From the IMG/VR virus record IMGVR_UViG_2767802493_000005, positions 1,868 through 65,867 of that record: DNA of 64,000 nucleotides. The stretch is one strand, 5' to 3'. Shown piece after piece: positions 42,718-52,600 of the stretch (position 1 is its first letter; the number at the start of each line of letters is the position of its first letter). The notes below the pieces were generated by a model. It was not told where the DNA came from. It ran no database searches and worked only from the letters and a program-made list of their open reading frames with translations. Both the position numbers and the translations under genes were made by a program. Source of the stretch: a virus. Taxonomy: Duplodnaviria; Caudoviricetes.

Positions 42718-43191
42718 ATGGCCGTGAACACTTCCACGGGGTTCGAGGCGTCGATCCTTGGCCCGTCGGCATTCGAGGGGATCTTCCGCGCCGGTTGCAT
42801 CGAGATCCGCACCGGGCCCCAGCCGGAAACTGCAGATATGCCGGCCACCGGTGCGTTGCTGGCGAGAATCACCGTTGACGGCGGCGTCTGGCAGCCAGGC
42901 GTTTCCGCCAATGGCCTGAGCTTCGTGCGCAACGGCCGCTACGTCTACAAGGACGCCGCCCAGCGGTGGGTACTTCGCGGGCTCGCCGCGGGAACCGCGG
43001 GCTGGTTCCGCCTGGTCGGCAACGCGCCCGACGCCGGTGCGGTCTCCTTCGAATCTCCCCGCATCGATGGCGCGATCGGTCTAGACGACGACAGCCCGGG
43101 CGACTTCCAGATGCGCCTGCCCACCCTGGCAATGGCCACCGACACCAGCATCGAGATCGGTGAATGGTGGTTTGCGATCCCCCCACTCTGA
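42718..43191 (+). CDS. Tail protein, paralog of 43207-43677
   Basis: IEIRTGPQPETAD..TGALLA..AGWFRL. Confidence 0.6.
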   Translation: MAVNTSTGFEASILGPSAFEGIFRAGCIEIRTGPQPETADMPATGALLARITVDGGVWQPGVSANGLSFVRNGRYVYKDAAQRWVLRGLAAGTAGWFRLVGNAPDAGAVSFESPRIDGAIGLDDDSPGDFQMRLPTLAMATDTSIEIGEWWFAIPPL

Positions 43192-43206
43192 CGAAGGAAC
43201 AGCACC

Positions 43207-43677
43207 ATGACGATCTCCATCCCGCTCGCGCAGGCCCTGCTTGGGCAGGTCAAGAATGCCCTCGACGGCGGCTTCCTTTACGTGTTCGCTGGGCCGGTAC
43301 CGGCCTCGGCCGACGCTGCCCTGGATATGGTGGGCAGTCACACGCAGCTGGCGAAACTCTCGGTCAGCGGCGGCGGCCTGACCTTCTCCGCTCCCGTCGG
43401 CAATGTCCTGCCCAAGGCACCGAGCGAAGAGTGGGAAGGCCTGATCCAGTTTGAGGGTGCCAATGCCGGCGCCACGAGCCTTTCCCCCTCGTTCTACCGC
43501 TTCTGCGCTGCAGCCGACGATGGCCGTGGGTCCACCACCGGCGTTCGCCTGCAGGGCACTGCGGGCGGGCCTGCCTCCAATGCGGCTGTGCTGTTCAGCA
43601 GCGACGTGATGACGGCCAACGGCAGCAACAGCACCGGCGTGAGCATCTTCAACGTGGTTGTCGACCAGGCCAGCTGA
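43207..43677 (+). CDS. Tail protein
   Basis: LYVFAGPVPASAD..TQLAKL..SFYRF. Confidence 0.6.
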   Translation: MTISIPLAQALLGQVKNALDGGFLYVFAGPVPASADAALDMVGSHTQLAKLSVSGGGLTFSAPVGNVLPKAPSEEWEGLIQFEGANAGATSLSPSFYRFCAAADDGRGSTTGVRLQGTAGGPASNAAVLFSSDVMTANGSNSTGVSIFNVVVDQAS

Positions 43678-43678
43678 C

Positions 43679-44419
43679 ATGTTGTCCAAGCCGCCAGTCT
43701 CCAGGTACGTCCCGCCCCAACCCGCGAAACCCGCGGTGCCGTACCGGGCTTCCTATACCGTCTGCGGCGCCTCGCCGGCCCAGGGCTACTGGCGGCAGGA
43801 GTGCAGCGAAGGCCGGATGCCGGCTCCGAGCAATGGCGCTGTGCAGTTGCCGAAGGGCGCCACCATCCTTGCCTATGAAGAGCAGAACGGCGTCACCTAC
43901 GTGCGGTACATGCTGTGCAGGAGCCTGTTCGTTCAGACCTCGCCGCCTGGACCAGTCACTTGCACCACTTACCCCGAGCAGAAGGCTGAGCCTCCAGTAC
44001 CGGCCGTTCCGCCGCGCCGGGAATCCCTCTCGGTGTTCGAGTGGAACGCCGGTGCCGACAGTGTCGACGAGCTCAACGGCGACGTAACGATGCGACTGAC
44101 GATGAGCCGCGCCGTGGGCGTGGTGGTCGGGTTCGCCATCCTGGGCGAGGCGGAGCTGTTCGACCCAGCCCGGATTCGACACGGCCTGTACTTCCATCAA
44201 AGCGAGGGCGGCCGCCTGCAGGCTTGTGTGCTGGAGCGCGGCCGCCGCGTATCGCCGATCCGGTTCTATGCACCCCAAGACCTCTGGGAGGCAAGGCGCA
44301 TCGGCGGCAGCGTCCACTACCTGCACAACGGACAGCGCTTCTACACGTCGCAGCAAGCCAGCCACGGGCTCGTGGTCGTGGGTTGTGCGATCTACGCGAC
44401 CGGAGATTTCATCGAATGA
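43679..44419 (+). CDS. Tail protein with a beta-sandwich C-terminus
   Basis: Pro-rich N-terminus; VGF..HGLYF..RIGGSVHYLHNG. Confidence 0.55.
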   Translation: MLSKPPVSRYVPPQPAKPAVPYRASYTVCGASPAQGYWRQECSEGRMPAPSNGAVQLPKGATILAYEEQNGVTYVRYMLCRSLFVQTSPPGPVTCTTYPEQKAEPPVPAVPPRRESLSVFEWNAGADSVDELNGDVTMRLTMSRAVGVVVGFAILGEAELFDPARIRHGLYFHQSEGGRLQACVLERGRRVSPIRFYAPQDLWEARRIGGSVHYLHNGQRFYTSQQASHGLVVVGCAIYATGDFIE

Positions 44420-45897
44420 CCATCGAGTTCCTGCCGCTGCAGCATGCGGAGATCGAGGGGCGTGGCCAGGTCACGTTGTCACTGAGGGCCGTGGGGGTTG
44501 GCTCAGGGCTCGGCGCGGCCGGCAGTGCCGTGCTGCGCCTGGGCTCGTCTGGACAGGGGCAGATCTACTTCGGCGGCGGGGTAGACCCGGTGGTACCCGC
44601 CAACGGCGCCGCCGCATTGAACCTGGTCACATCCGGGCAGGGCTACGGCCGCGACATCGGCGGCGGTGCCGCGGGGATCAGCGTGCGCGCTGCGGGCTTC
44701 CAGACTGCCCCCGGCCGTGGAGCAGGCGGCGCGCGCCTGGCGCTGTATGGCAGCGGTCGACAGGTCACCACGCCGCTTGCCTATGCAGGCCTGTCTGCCC
44801 GACCGCGCATGATCTCTGCGTTCGGCGGGCGCTGGTTTGCGTCGCCGCGTTCATCGCTGGCTATCGGCGAGACCCGAAGCAGCCTGCCAACGCACGTGCT
44901 GAACGAAGTGCTCTCCATCGACGAGACCCGGCGCAGCGCGCTGCTGGCCAGCTGCAGGACGGCAGACACGCTGAGCCTGGAAGATGCAGCGGCGGTGGTG
45001 TTCATGCTGCTGGTCGAAGAGGGGATTGCCTTCAGCCCGGACATTCGCGCTGACGCGATCAGGCTGGAGCGCGTCATCGACCGCCTGCTGATGCTGGGAG
45101 TGGCCACGTCCTACGCCGATGCGTTGAACGCCCTGGTCGGTGGCCTGTGGTTCGGCGCCCTCACCGAGGCACTACGCACGGAGACGGTCACCGATGGACT
45201 GCTGGGCTCGGACCTGGTGGCCAGCCTGCAGCGCGCGGCAGAGCGCGTGGTGGACGGCATGCTGGCTGATGCCGCGGCATTCGAAGCCGGTACCGGCGTT
45301 GTGATGGTGGATGAGCAGCTGCTCGTCGGCGCCGCCGGCGGCGCGACGGCCGAGCTGGCCCAGCTGCTGAAGGACGGGCTGGGATTCGTGACCCGCCTGG
45401 CGCTGGACACCGGCGAATACGTCGCATGGGTCATGAACACCGAAAGCCGCGCGCTGAGCCGTTACACCCAGTATCCATTCAACAGCTTCGCCAAGATCGG
45501 CGGTCGCTACTACGCGGCGGCTGCAGACGGCCTGCATCGGCTTGACGGCGATGACGACGACGGCACCCCGATTGCTGCGCGGCTGCGGCTGGGCCTTTCC
45601 GCACTCGGCACGCGCCGCCTGAAGCGGCTGCCCGAGGCGTTCGTCGGCTACACCGCCACGGGCGCACTGCTGCTGCATGTGATCACGGTCAACGAGCAGA
45701 GCGGCCAGAAGGAATCGGCCATCTACCGGATCCTGGAGCGACCTGCATCGAGCGAGCGAGAAACCCGCTGGAAGCTGGGGAAGGGGATCAAGGCCGTCGA
45801 CTTCGACTTCGTGATCGAGAACGTGGACGGCGCCGACTTCGAGCTCGCAGCCATCGACTTCAGGCCGATCTATCTTGATCGCCGGACCAGGGGATGA
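44416..45897 (+). CDS. Tail protein
   Basis: ATGA-coupled start MTIEFLP; C-terminal WVMNT..YTQYPFNSFAKIGG..LHRLDGDDDDG. Confidence 0.6.
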   Translation: MTIEFLPLQHAEIEGRGQVTLSLRAVGVGSGLGAAGSAVLRLGSSGQGQIYFGGGVDPVVPANGAAALNLVTSGQGYGRDIGGGAAGISVRAAGFQTAPGRGAGGARLALYGSGRQVTTPLAYAGLSARPRMISAFGGRWFASPRSSLAIGETRSSLPTHVLNEVLSIDETRRSALLASCRTADTLSLEDAAAVVFMLLVEEGIAFSPDIRADAIRLERVIDRLLMLGVATSYADALNALVGGLWFGALTEALRTETVTDGLLGSDLVASLQRAAERVVDGMLADAAAFEAGTGVVMVDEQLLVGAAGGATAELAQLLKDGLGFVTRLALDTGEYVAWVMNTESRALSRYTQYPFNSFAKIGGRYYAAAADGLHRLDGDDDDGTPIAARLRLGLSALGTRRLKRLPEAFVGYTATGALLLHVITVNEQSGQKESAIYRILERPASSERETRWKLGKGIKAVDFDFVIENVDGADFELAAIDFRPIYLDRRTRG

Positions 45898-46241
45898 CCA
45901 TGGCAGGACCTTGCTTCTGGCGCGAGCCATTCAACCTTGTTCAGGACTGTGGCGAAGATCAGCAGCCCAGTGACTGGATGCTCACCTTCAACAACGGAAT
46001 GGTCGAAGCCGAAGAGGCATCCGAGCTCCCCGGATTCGTCGTAGGCACTGACTTCCTGCTGAAGATCGAGGGGGACGTGGACGGGCGCACCCTCGAGATG
46101 CGCTATCGCATCGACAGCGACCGCTATGCCGCCTACTACATGGGTGAACAGACCAGCTACAACGGCCCGGACGGAACTCCTGCCGTGGCTACCCAAGGTG
46201 CGAATCGTTGGGACGTTTCGATCTACGTCCTGTGGAGCTGA
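45894..46241 (+). CDS. Hypothetical virion protein
   Basis: ATGA-coupled ORF. Confidence 0.5.
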   Translation: MTMAGPCFWREPFNLVQDCGEDQQPSDWMLTFNNGMVEAEEASELPGFVVGTDFLLKIEGDVDGRTLEMRYRIDSDRYAAYYMGEQTSYNGPDGTPAVATQGANRWDVSIYVLWS

Positions 46242-46255
46242 CCGGAGAAGCATGA

Positions 46256-48145
46256 ATGGCAACTACCTGGTGTCCTGACCTTTCGGCGGACGCAGCAATC
46301 ACGCTGGTCGGCAGCGCGCATGACAAGTTCATGGATCTCGGCACGACCACGTACAACATGGCCGTGTCCAATCTGCAGGGTCTAAACAGCGTCAGGCTGG
46401 ATCCGATCGACTTCAACGTCGATTTCCGCTTTGCTGACCCGCAGGCTACGTTCCAGCGGCCGCGCCGGCCCGACATGGATGAAGGGGCGCTTGAGTTCCG
46501 CGCGCCGGACGTGCCGTTGCCCAGTGCGCCGGGGTTCGTTGCGGCTCCGATTTCGATCAGCGAAGCGCCCGAGCTCGATGCTCAACCGCCGACGCTGGCA
46601 TTCGGCGCAAAGCCGACCACGCCGAATGTGCTCGAGCCGACACTCCCGGTGGACCCGGCTCCGATTGTGCTCCCGGGGGAGCCTAGCTACGTCCTGCCGC
46701 AGGTACCGACGTTCGAGGCGCTGAACCTGCCCGACGTGCCAAATATCTCCCTGCCGGAGTTCGACGCGGAGAAGCCGATCTTTATCGAGCCACCGTTCAA
46801 CGAGACCTGGCAGTTTGAGGCCACACCCTACGTCAGCACGCTGGTGGACACGCTCACGGCCACGCTCAAGCCGATGATCGTCGGCAGCCAGGCGCTGCCC
46901 AGGATCATCGAGGACGCGATCTTCCAGCGAGCCCGCAGCCGCATCGAGCTGGAGACCCAGCGGAACGTGGACCAGGCGGTGTCCGAGTTCGCCGCCCGTG
47001 GCTTTACCGAGCCCCAGGGCATGCTGGCCGGAAGGATCCTGGAAGTCCGGCAGACCGGACAGGGTGCCGTGGCCGAGGCCTCCCGTGACGCAGCGATCAA
47101 GCAGTTTGAGGAATCGCTGGCCAACCAGCGCATGGCCATTGCCCAGGGAGCGGCGCTGGAAGGAACGCTGGCGCAACTGCACACGGAAGAGCAGAAGGTG
47201 ATGCTGCAGGCAGCAACGTTCCAGCGCGAGACCGTCATCGCCGTGCTGAACGCCAGGATCTCGGTGTTCAACGCCCGCCTGCAGGCGTATCAGACCGACG
47301 CCCAGGTGCTGCGCGATCGCATCCAGGCGGAGCTGGCCAAGGTCGAGGTATTCCGGGCCCAGATCGAGGGCGAGCGGGCTCGCGGCGAGATCAATGAGCA
47401 GCGGGTGCGCCTCTACGAGTCCCAGCTGCGCGGCGTGACCACCCTGGCCGACTTCTACCGCACCCGCGTCGAGGCGGTGAAAGTGCAGGCCGACATCAAT
47501 CGCTTCGGAATCGACAAGTACCGCGCCCAGGTCGACGCCTACGAGGCGCGTTGGCGTGCCCATGTTGCCGAGTGGCAGGGCTATACGGCGAGCGTAGAGG
47601 GTGAGGGCAAACGGGCGGATCTGTACCGCACGCTGGTCGACGCCAATGCCAAACGCGTCGATGCCTGGGCGGCCAGCAACAACATGCAATTCGAGGCCGA
47701 GCGCCTTCGCATGGCTCAGCACGGGGTCGACCTGGACGTGTGGCGCGCCGGCATCACCCGCTGGGACGCGACCCTGAGCGGCGAGCGTGCACGCTTGGCC
47801 GCGGTTGGCCAGGCATTCGATGCGAAGGCGCGGATCTACAGCGCCGACGCCGGTGTGGAGCAGGCCGCCTCGGCCGCTGCCGATCGCAGCTTCGAACTCG
47901 GCCTGGCGCGGGAACGTGCCGACGTCGATGTCCAGCTGCAGCAGGCCCAGATGCGCATCCAGCAGATGCTGGGCTTGCTGGCGCAGTCGGCGGAGATCCA
48001 GCGCGCGAAGGCGCAGATCTCGAGCCAGCTCGCCGCCAGCACGATGAGCGCTGTCAACTACGGGGCAAGCGTTTCCAGCGGCCGCAGCAAATCCAACTCC
48101 TGCTCGCAGAACTACAGCTTCCAGGGCGAGATCGCGGACGCGTGA
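46256..48145 (+). CDS. Probable internal virion (ejection) protein
   Basis: 629 aa, long helical/coiled-coil C-terminal half. Confidence 0.55.
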   Translation: MATTWCPDLSADAAITLVGSAHDKFMDLGTTTYNMAVSNLQGLNSVRLDPIDFNVDFRFADPQATFQRPRRPDMDEGALEFRAPDVPLPSAPGFVAAPISISEAPELDAQPPTLAFGAKPTTPNVLEPTLPVDPAPIVLPGEPSYVLPQVPTFEALNLPDVPNISLPEFDAEKPIFIEPPFNETWQFEATPYVSTLVDTLTATLKPMIVGSQALPRIIEDAIFQRARSRIELETQRNVDQAVSEFAARGFTEPQGMLAGRILEVRQTGQGAVAEASRDAAIKQFEESLANQRMAIAQGAALEGTLAQLHTEEQKVMLQAATFQRETVIAVLNARISVFNARLQAYQTDAQVLRDRIQAELAKVEVFRAQIEGERARGEINEQRVRLYESQLRGVTTLADFYRTRVEAVKVQADINRFGIDKYRAQVDAYEARWRAHVAEWQGYTASVEGEGKRADLYRTLVDANAKRVDAWAASNNMQFEAERLRMAQHGVDLDVWRAGITRWDATLSGERARLAAVGQAFDAKARIYSADAGVEQAASAAADRSFELGLARERADVDVQLQQAQMRIQQMLGLLAQSAEIQRAKAQISSQLAASTMSAVNYGASVSSGRSKSNSCSQNYSFQGEIADA

Positions 48146-48173
48146 TCCGCCTCCACTTCCAAAGGGGAACCGC

Positions 48174-49673
48174 ATGGCCATCAACGATCGAGACGAACTG
48201 AACCCCGCCGGCGTCGCGCCCGGACAGCCCCGCATTGCCGCCCGGCCAAGCCCTGGCACGGCCTTCGGCTCGGCGCTGCGCAGCGGTGTCGCCGGAACCG
48301 CCACGTTGGCGCGGCAGGCCGCCGGCGCAGGATTGCGTGCCGCCGGTACCGTCGCGGATGCGGTGACGGCGCCAGGTCGGGAGGCGGCAGGCTTCGTGCG
48401 CGATGCAGGTCGAGCTGCCGCCGGCGCGGCGCCGTCGCCCCAGCAGGGGCAGCCGTTGAGGGCGCCCAGCGAGCTCAATCCGATCGGCGGCGCCGCCAGC
48501 GCGCTGAGCCGCCTGGCTCCGGTGAGGCTTGGCGGTGCCGCGAAGCCGAAGCCCACCTTCGCTGGCGTGAGCTCGAGCGTCGACTCGACTGCAGGCCTCG
48601 CCGGTTCACGCCTGGCCAGCCGGCCGTCGAACGGGGCGGACTTCACCGGTGTCAGTTCCAGCGTGAACTCCACTGCATCGCCTGCAGGTGCAGCAGGTCT
48701 GGCAGCTCCCCGGGCCGCCGCGGCTGTTGCAGCTGCTCCCAGCACGTACACGACGCAGGACGGCCGCACGGCGACCCTGCCGGCAGGCATCACCCGCACC
48801 GTAGATGCCAACGGCAACTCGGTGTTCACCGGATCCTCCGCCACCATCGCAGCCGCTCGCGGGCCGGCGCCGGCCGCTCCGGCCAGCGGCGCACCGGCGT
48901 CGCCCCTCGTGACGCCTCTCGCGGCCGCACCTGCAGCGCCGACAGTGGTTGCTCCGCGGCCGACTCCGCAGATTGCGCAGCGCGGGCGCCAGGGCGGGAT
49001 CATCGAGAATCCGGCCGACACCACGGTGGACAAGCTCACGCGCGCGATGGGCAGCGCAAGCCTGAAGGGCAGCCCGAGTGGCCGCGCCGCAGTAGCGCAA
49101 GCGATCTTGGGCGAGGCCGGCGCGCGCCAGGCAGAGCGCGCATCTGCGCTCCGCACGCAGGACGAAGCCGACCTTGCCGCCGGCCAGGTCAACGCCGTCG
49201 CTGCCCAGGGCGATGCGAACCGCGCGCTGCAGGCCGGCCAGTTCAATGCCCAGATGCAGGACAACGTCGCCAATCGCCAGGCGTCGCTGGAAACGGCCCG
49301 CATCGCTCGGCGGCCGGAGATCTCGGTTGCGGCGGATGGAAGCATGGGGGTTGTGGGCAGCGACGGCGGCTGGCGCCCCGTGACTGGTGCCGACGGACAG
49401 AACGTGCGGGCGGTCCAGGCGCCGCGCCAAACCGGCGAGCTCACCGATGCCGACCGCCTGAAGTCCTACACCGATCGATTCAACGCCATTTCCGGGAACG
49501 TCACGATGGACGAAGCCGCGAAGACCGCCGCTCTGGCCCAGCTCGATGCGGATCCGCTCTATGCCGGCCTGCGCCCGCAAGAAGCCCCGCCTGTGGCCGG
49601 TGCGCGTAGGGCACCCGATGGCAACTGGTACGTGCAGAACAACGACGGCAGCTACTCGAAGGTGAATCTCTGA
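48174..49673 (+). CDS. Probable internal virion (ejection) protein
   Basis: Ala/Gly-rich; C-terminal APDGNWYVQ..GSYSKV; coupled to the giant gene. Confidence 0.55.
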   Translation: MAINDRDELNPAGVAPGQPRIAARPSPGTAFGSALRSGVAGTATLARQAAGAGLRAAGTVADAVTAPGREAAGFVRDAGRAAAGAAPSPQQGQPLRAPSELNPIGGAASALSRLAPVRLGGAAKPKPTFAGVSSSVDSTAGLAGSRLASRPSNGADFTGVSSSVNSTASPAGAAGLAAPRAAAAVAAAPSTYTTQDGRTATLPAGITRTVDANGNSVFTGSSATIAAARGPAPAAPASGAPASPLVTPLAAAPAAPTVVAPRPTPQIAQRGRQGGIIENPADTTVDKLTRAMGSASLKGSPSGRAAVAQAILGEAGARQAERASALRTQDEADLAAGQVNAVAAQGDANRALQAGQFNAQMQDNVANRQASLETARIARRPEISVAADGSMGVVGSDGGWRPVTGADGQNVRAVQAPRQTGELTDADRLKSYTDRFNAISGNVTMDEAAKTAALAQLDADPLYAGLRPQEAPPVAGARRAPDGNWYVQNNDGSYSKVNL

Positions 49674-52600
49674 TGGCAACGTTCGAGAAGGTTGATGGAA
49701 ATCCGTTCGGTGCGAGCCCGGCGCCGACTCAGGCGCCAGCGCCAACCACCGGCAAGGTTGCGCGCCGGCCGACGCTTTCACCCGTCCAGGGCGACCCGTT
49801 CCAGAAGGTCGCGAAGCGCCCGGAGCGCACCTGGGGGGAGGCCATCAAGGACACCGGCCTGGGCATCGCATCCGGCGCCGCCAACATCATCGGTGGCGCC
49901 GTGGAGCAGCGAAACTCCATGGAGCCGACCAACGTCGTGCGGCAGGGCCTGCGCTTCCTGGACAGGCTGGGTGTCAAGGGCGCATCTGAAACCGCTGCCC
50001 TGGTGCCGGGAACGCCCTCGGAGATCTTCGGCGGGCGCCGTGCTGGGTCCGATACAGCGGCCCTGTCCAAGGCAACGCAGGCGGCCACCGACTACCTGGC
50101 CGAGAGTCAGTCGGATGCGCTGAAGCAGGAGAAACAGGACCTGCAGGACACCAAGGGGTTCTTCCCCAGCGCCGGCAAGGTACTGTCCTCACCGCGACTG
50201 ATCGGCAACTTCCTGGCAGAGCAGGTGCCCAACGTCGCCGCGATGGGAGCCGGCACTCGACTTGCTGCTGCGCGTGCCGGTGAACGCGCACTCGCGGGTG
50301 CGGTGGCCAAGGGTCTCGGTACCGAGGCCGCAGAAACGGCTGCCACGGCCGCTGGTCACCGCGCAGCGACCGCCGCTGCCACTGGCATGACGACCATCAT
50401 GGAGACCGGGTCGGCGGGCCAGCAGACCTACCAGCAGGCCATGGCGCAGCCGCAGTCGGTCTGGGATGCCAACCCGGAGTACAAGCGCATGGTCGCCGCC
50501 GGCGGCGATCCGCAGACGGTGAAGGAAACGATCGCGCGCGGCGCATCGATGGAGGCGCAGGCGATCACTGCGCCGATCGCGGCGATCGCCGGCCGCATTG
50601 CGGCACCCTTCGAAGCGGACGTGTTCACCCGTGGCCTGGCTCGCAAGCCCAAGGCAATGCTTGCCGGCGCCGCTCGCGAGACCGTGGAAGAAGGCATCCA
50701 GGAAGGCGGCTCCCAGCTTGCCGGCAACCTTGGCCAGCGGCAGATCGATCCGACCCAGGCTGCATGGGAGGGTGTCCCCGAAGCGGCCGGTACCGGCGCG
50801 GCGATCGGCGGCCTGCTCGGCGGCGGCATGGCCGCCGGTGGTGCTCTGGCCAGCCGCGGCGACAACCAGGCTGCGGTGGCAGCCGATGCGGAACGGGAGC
50901 GCCTGGCGCGTCGGCCGACTCCGACACCCCCGTCACTGCCGCCGCCGCCGATTCCCCAGATGCTGGCGCTGCCTCCGCCGGAGGTAATGACTGCAGGACC
51001 CGATGGCACTATCACGCCGGGCAGTGTTCGCCCGGAGGTCATGGCAGAACCCGAAATGCGGTTCCCACAGGGTCGCGGCATGTCCGCGCCGTTTGACGGG
51101 CGCCGAGTCGCCGCGCGGCCGCAGCCGACGGTCCCGTTCCCGGATGCGGCACCTGACTCGATCGCCGGCATCGCCAACCTGGTATCGCGTGCTCGTCGGT
51201 CGGCAGATCCAGCTGCTGCAGGTGCACCTGCAACTGCAAGCACAGAGGCCCCAGCTCCGCAGGTTCAAGATGTGCAGCCCGGCCTGGCGACGCCGGAGGT
51301 CCCCGCGCCGGCATCGCCTGCATCGCCGCCGGCGCCGGCGGTGGCGCCGCCGTGGGTCGATGCGCAGACGGGCGAAACTCTGCGGGAGCCGACCTCGACC
51401 GACATCAAGCAGCTGCTACACACCGGTCTGCAGTACCAGGTCGAGACCCATGGCGGGATCAACACGCCGACCCTGCTGCGCTCCATGCGCGACCAGTACG
51501 GGCTGCCCAGCGCCCGGGTGCGGCCGCTGCTGGAAGAGGTCAAGGGCGAGCGTCGACGTGGCTTGACCGAGCCGCCGGCGGACGCCGGCAACGAGGCAAC
51601 GGGTGAAGTAGCAGGCGCGGCGCAGCAGCCGCCGAAGGGCGCGGCGCCGCAGGCTGATCTGCAGCTGGATGGCACCGCAACCGCCGACCGTGCCGCGCCG
51701 GCTCCACTGGCCAGCGAACTGCAGCTCGAGCCAAGGCAAGCAGAGGCGCAAGGGGATACCGGTTCGTCTCGCGAACCGGTCGGCGAGCCGCGTGCGGTTG
51801 GCACCAGGCAGGCTACCAGCGCGGGCGATACCGCTCCGGAGCAGCCCATTGCAGAGGCGTCGGCTGGCCAGAACAGCGCGGCGGTGCCCGCGGACGCACC
51901 GAAAGTGGCCACCGCGGCAGCCGAGGCGGCGACCAACCCGGGGAACGACTTGCCGCTGCCTTCGGATGCGCAGAAGGAAGCTGGGAACTACAAGAAGGGC
52001 CATGTCCGCATCAATGGCCATGACATCAGCATCGAGAACCCTGCAGGTAGCCAGCGTGATCCTCGCTGGCCGGCGCTGAAGAACCACTACGGCTACTTCA
52101 AGGGCACGGTCGGCAAGGACAAGGACCACGTCGACGTGTTCATGACCGACCGCGCAGAAGATCCGTCCCTGCCGGTCTACGTGGTCGACCAGGTCAACAA
52201 GGACGGCTCCTTCGACGAGCACAAGGTCATCATGGGAACCGCGTCGGAGCAGGAAGCGCGCGACACCTACCTGGCCAACTATTCGAAGGGCTGGACCGGC
52301 CTGGGCGGCATCAAGGAAATGTCGCAGGAGCAATTCAAGGCGTGGGTGCGCGACCCGAAGAAGACTACGCGCCGGGTAACCAAGGCCGTGCCGGCGGCGC
52401 AGGCGCCAGCCACGAACGTAAGTGAACCAGGGCAGGGCGTCAGCGCTTCGGTCGAAAGCGTCAGTGCGCCGGCAGAAAGCGGCGGTGCGTTGGCCAAGAC
52501 CGGGATGGAACCTGCAGCAGCTGCAGCTGCTGCAGCGCCGGCCGCAGGTGAGGCTGGCCCGGTCTATACGCCCAAGGTGCGACGCATCGGTGGCTCCCCG

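Noticed and set aside
46382-49444. 1020-aa minus-strand ORF (and similar ones at 28681-30894, 32141-34600, 57083-58972, 53696-55114)
   Set aside because: Shadow frames opposite clear structural genes in GC-rich DNA; no motifs, RBS or coupling.
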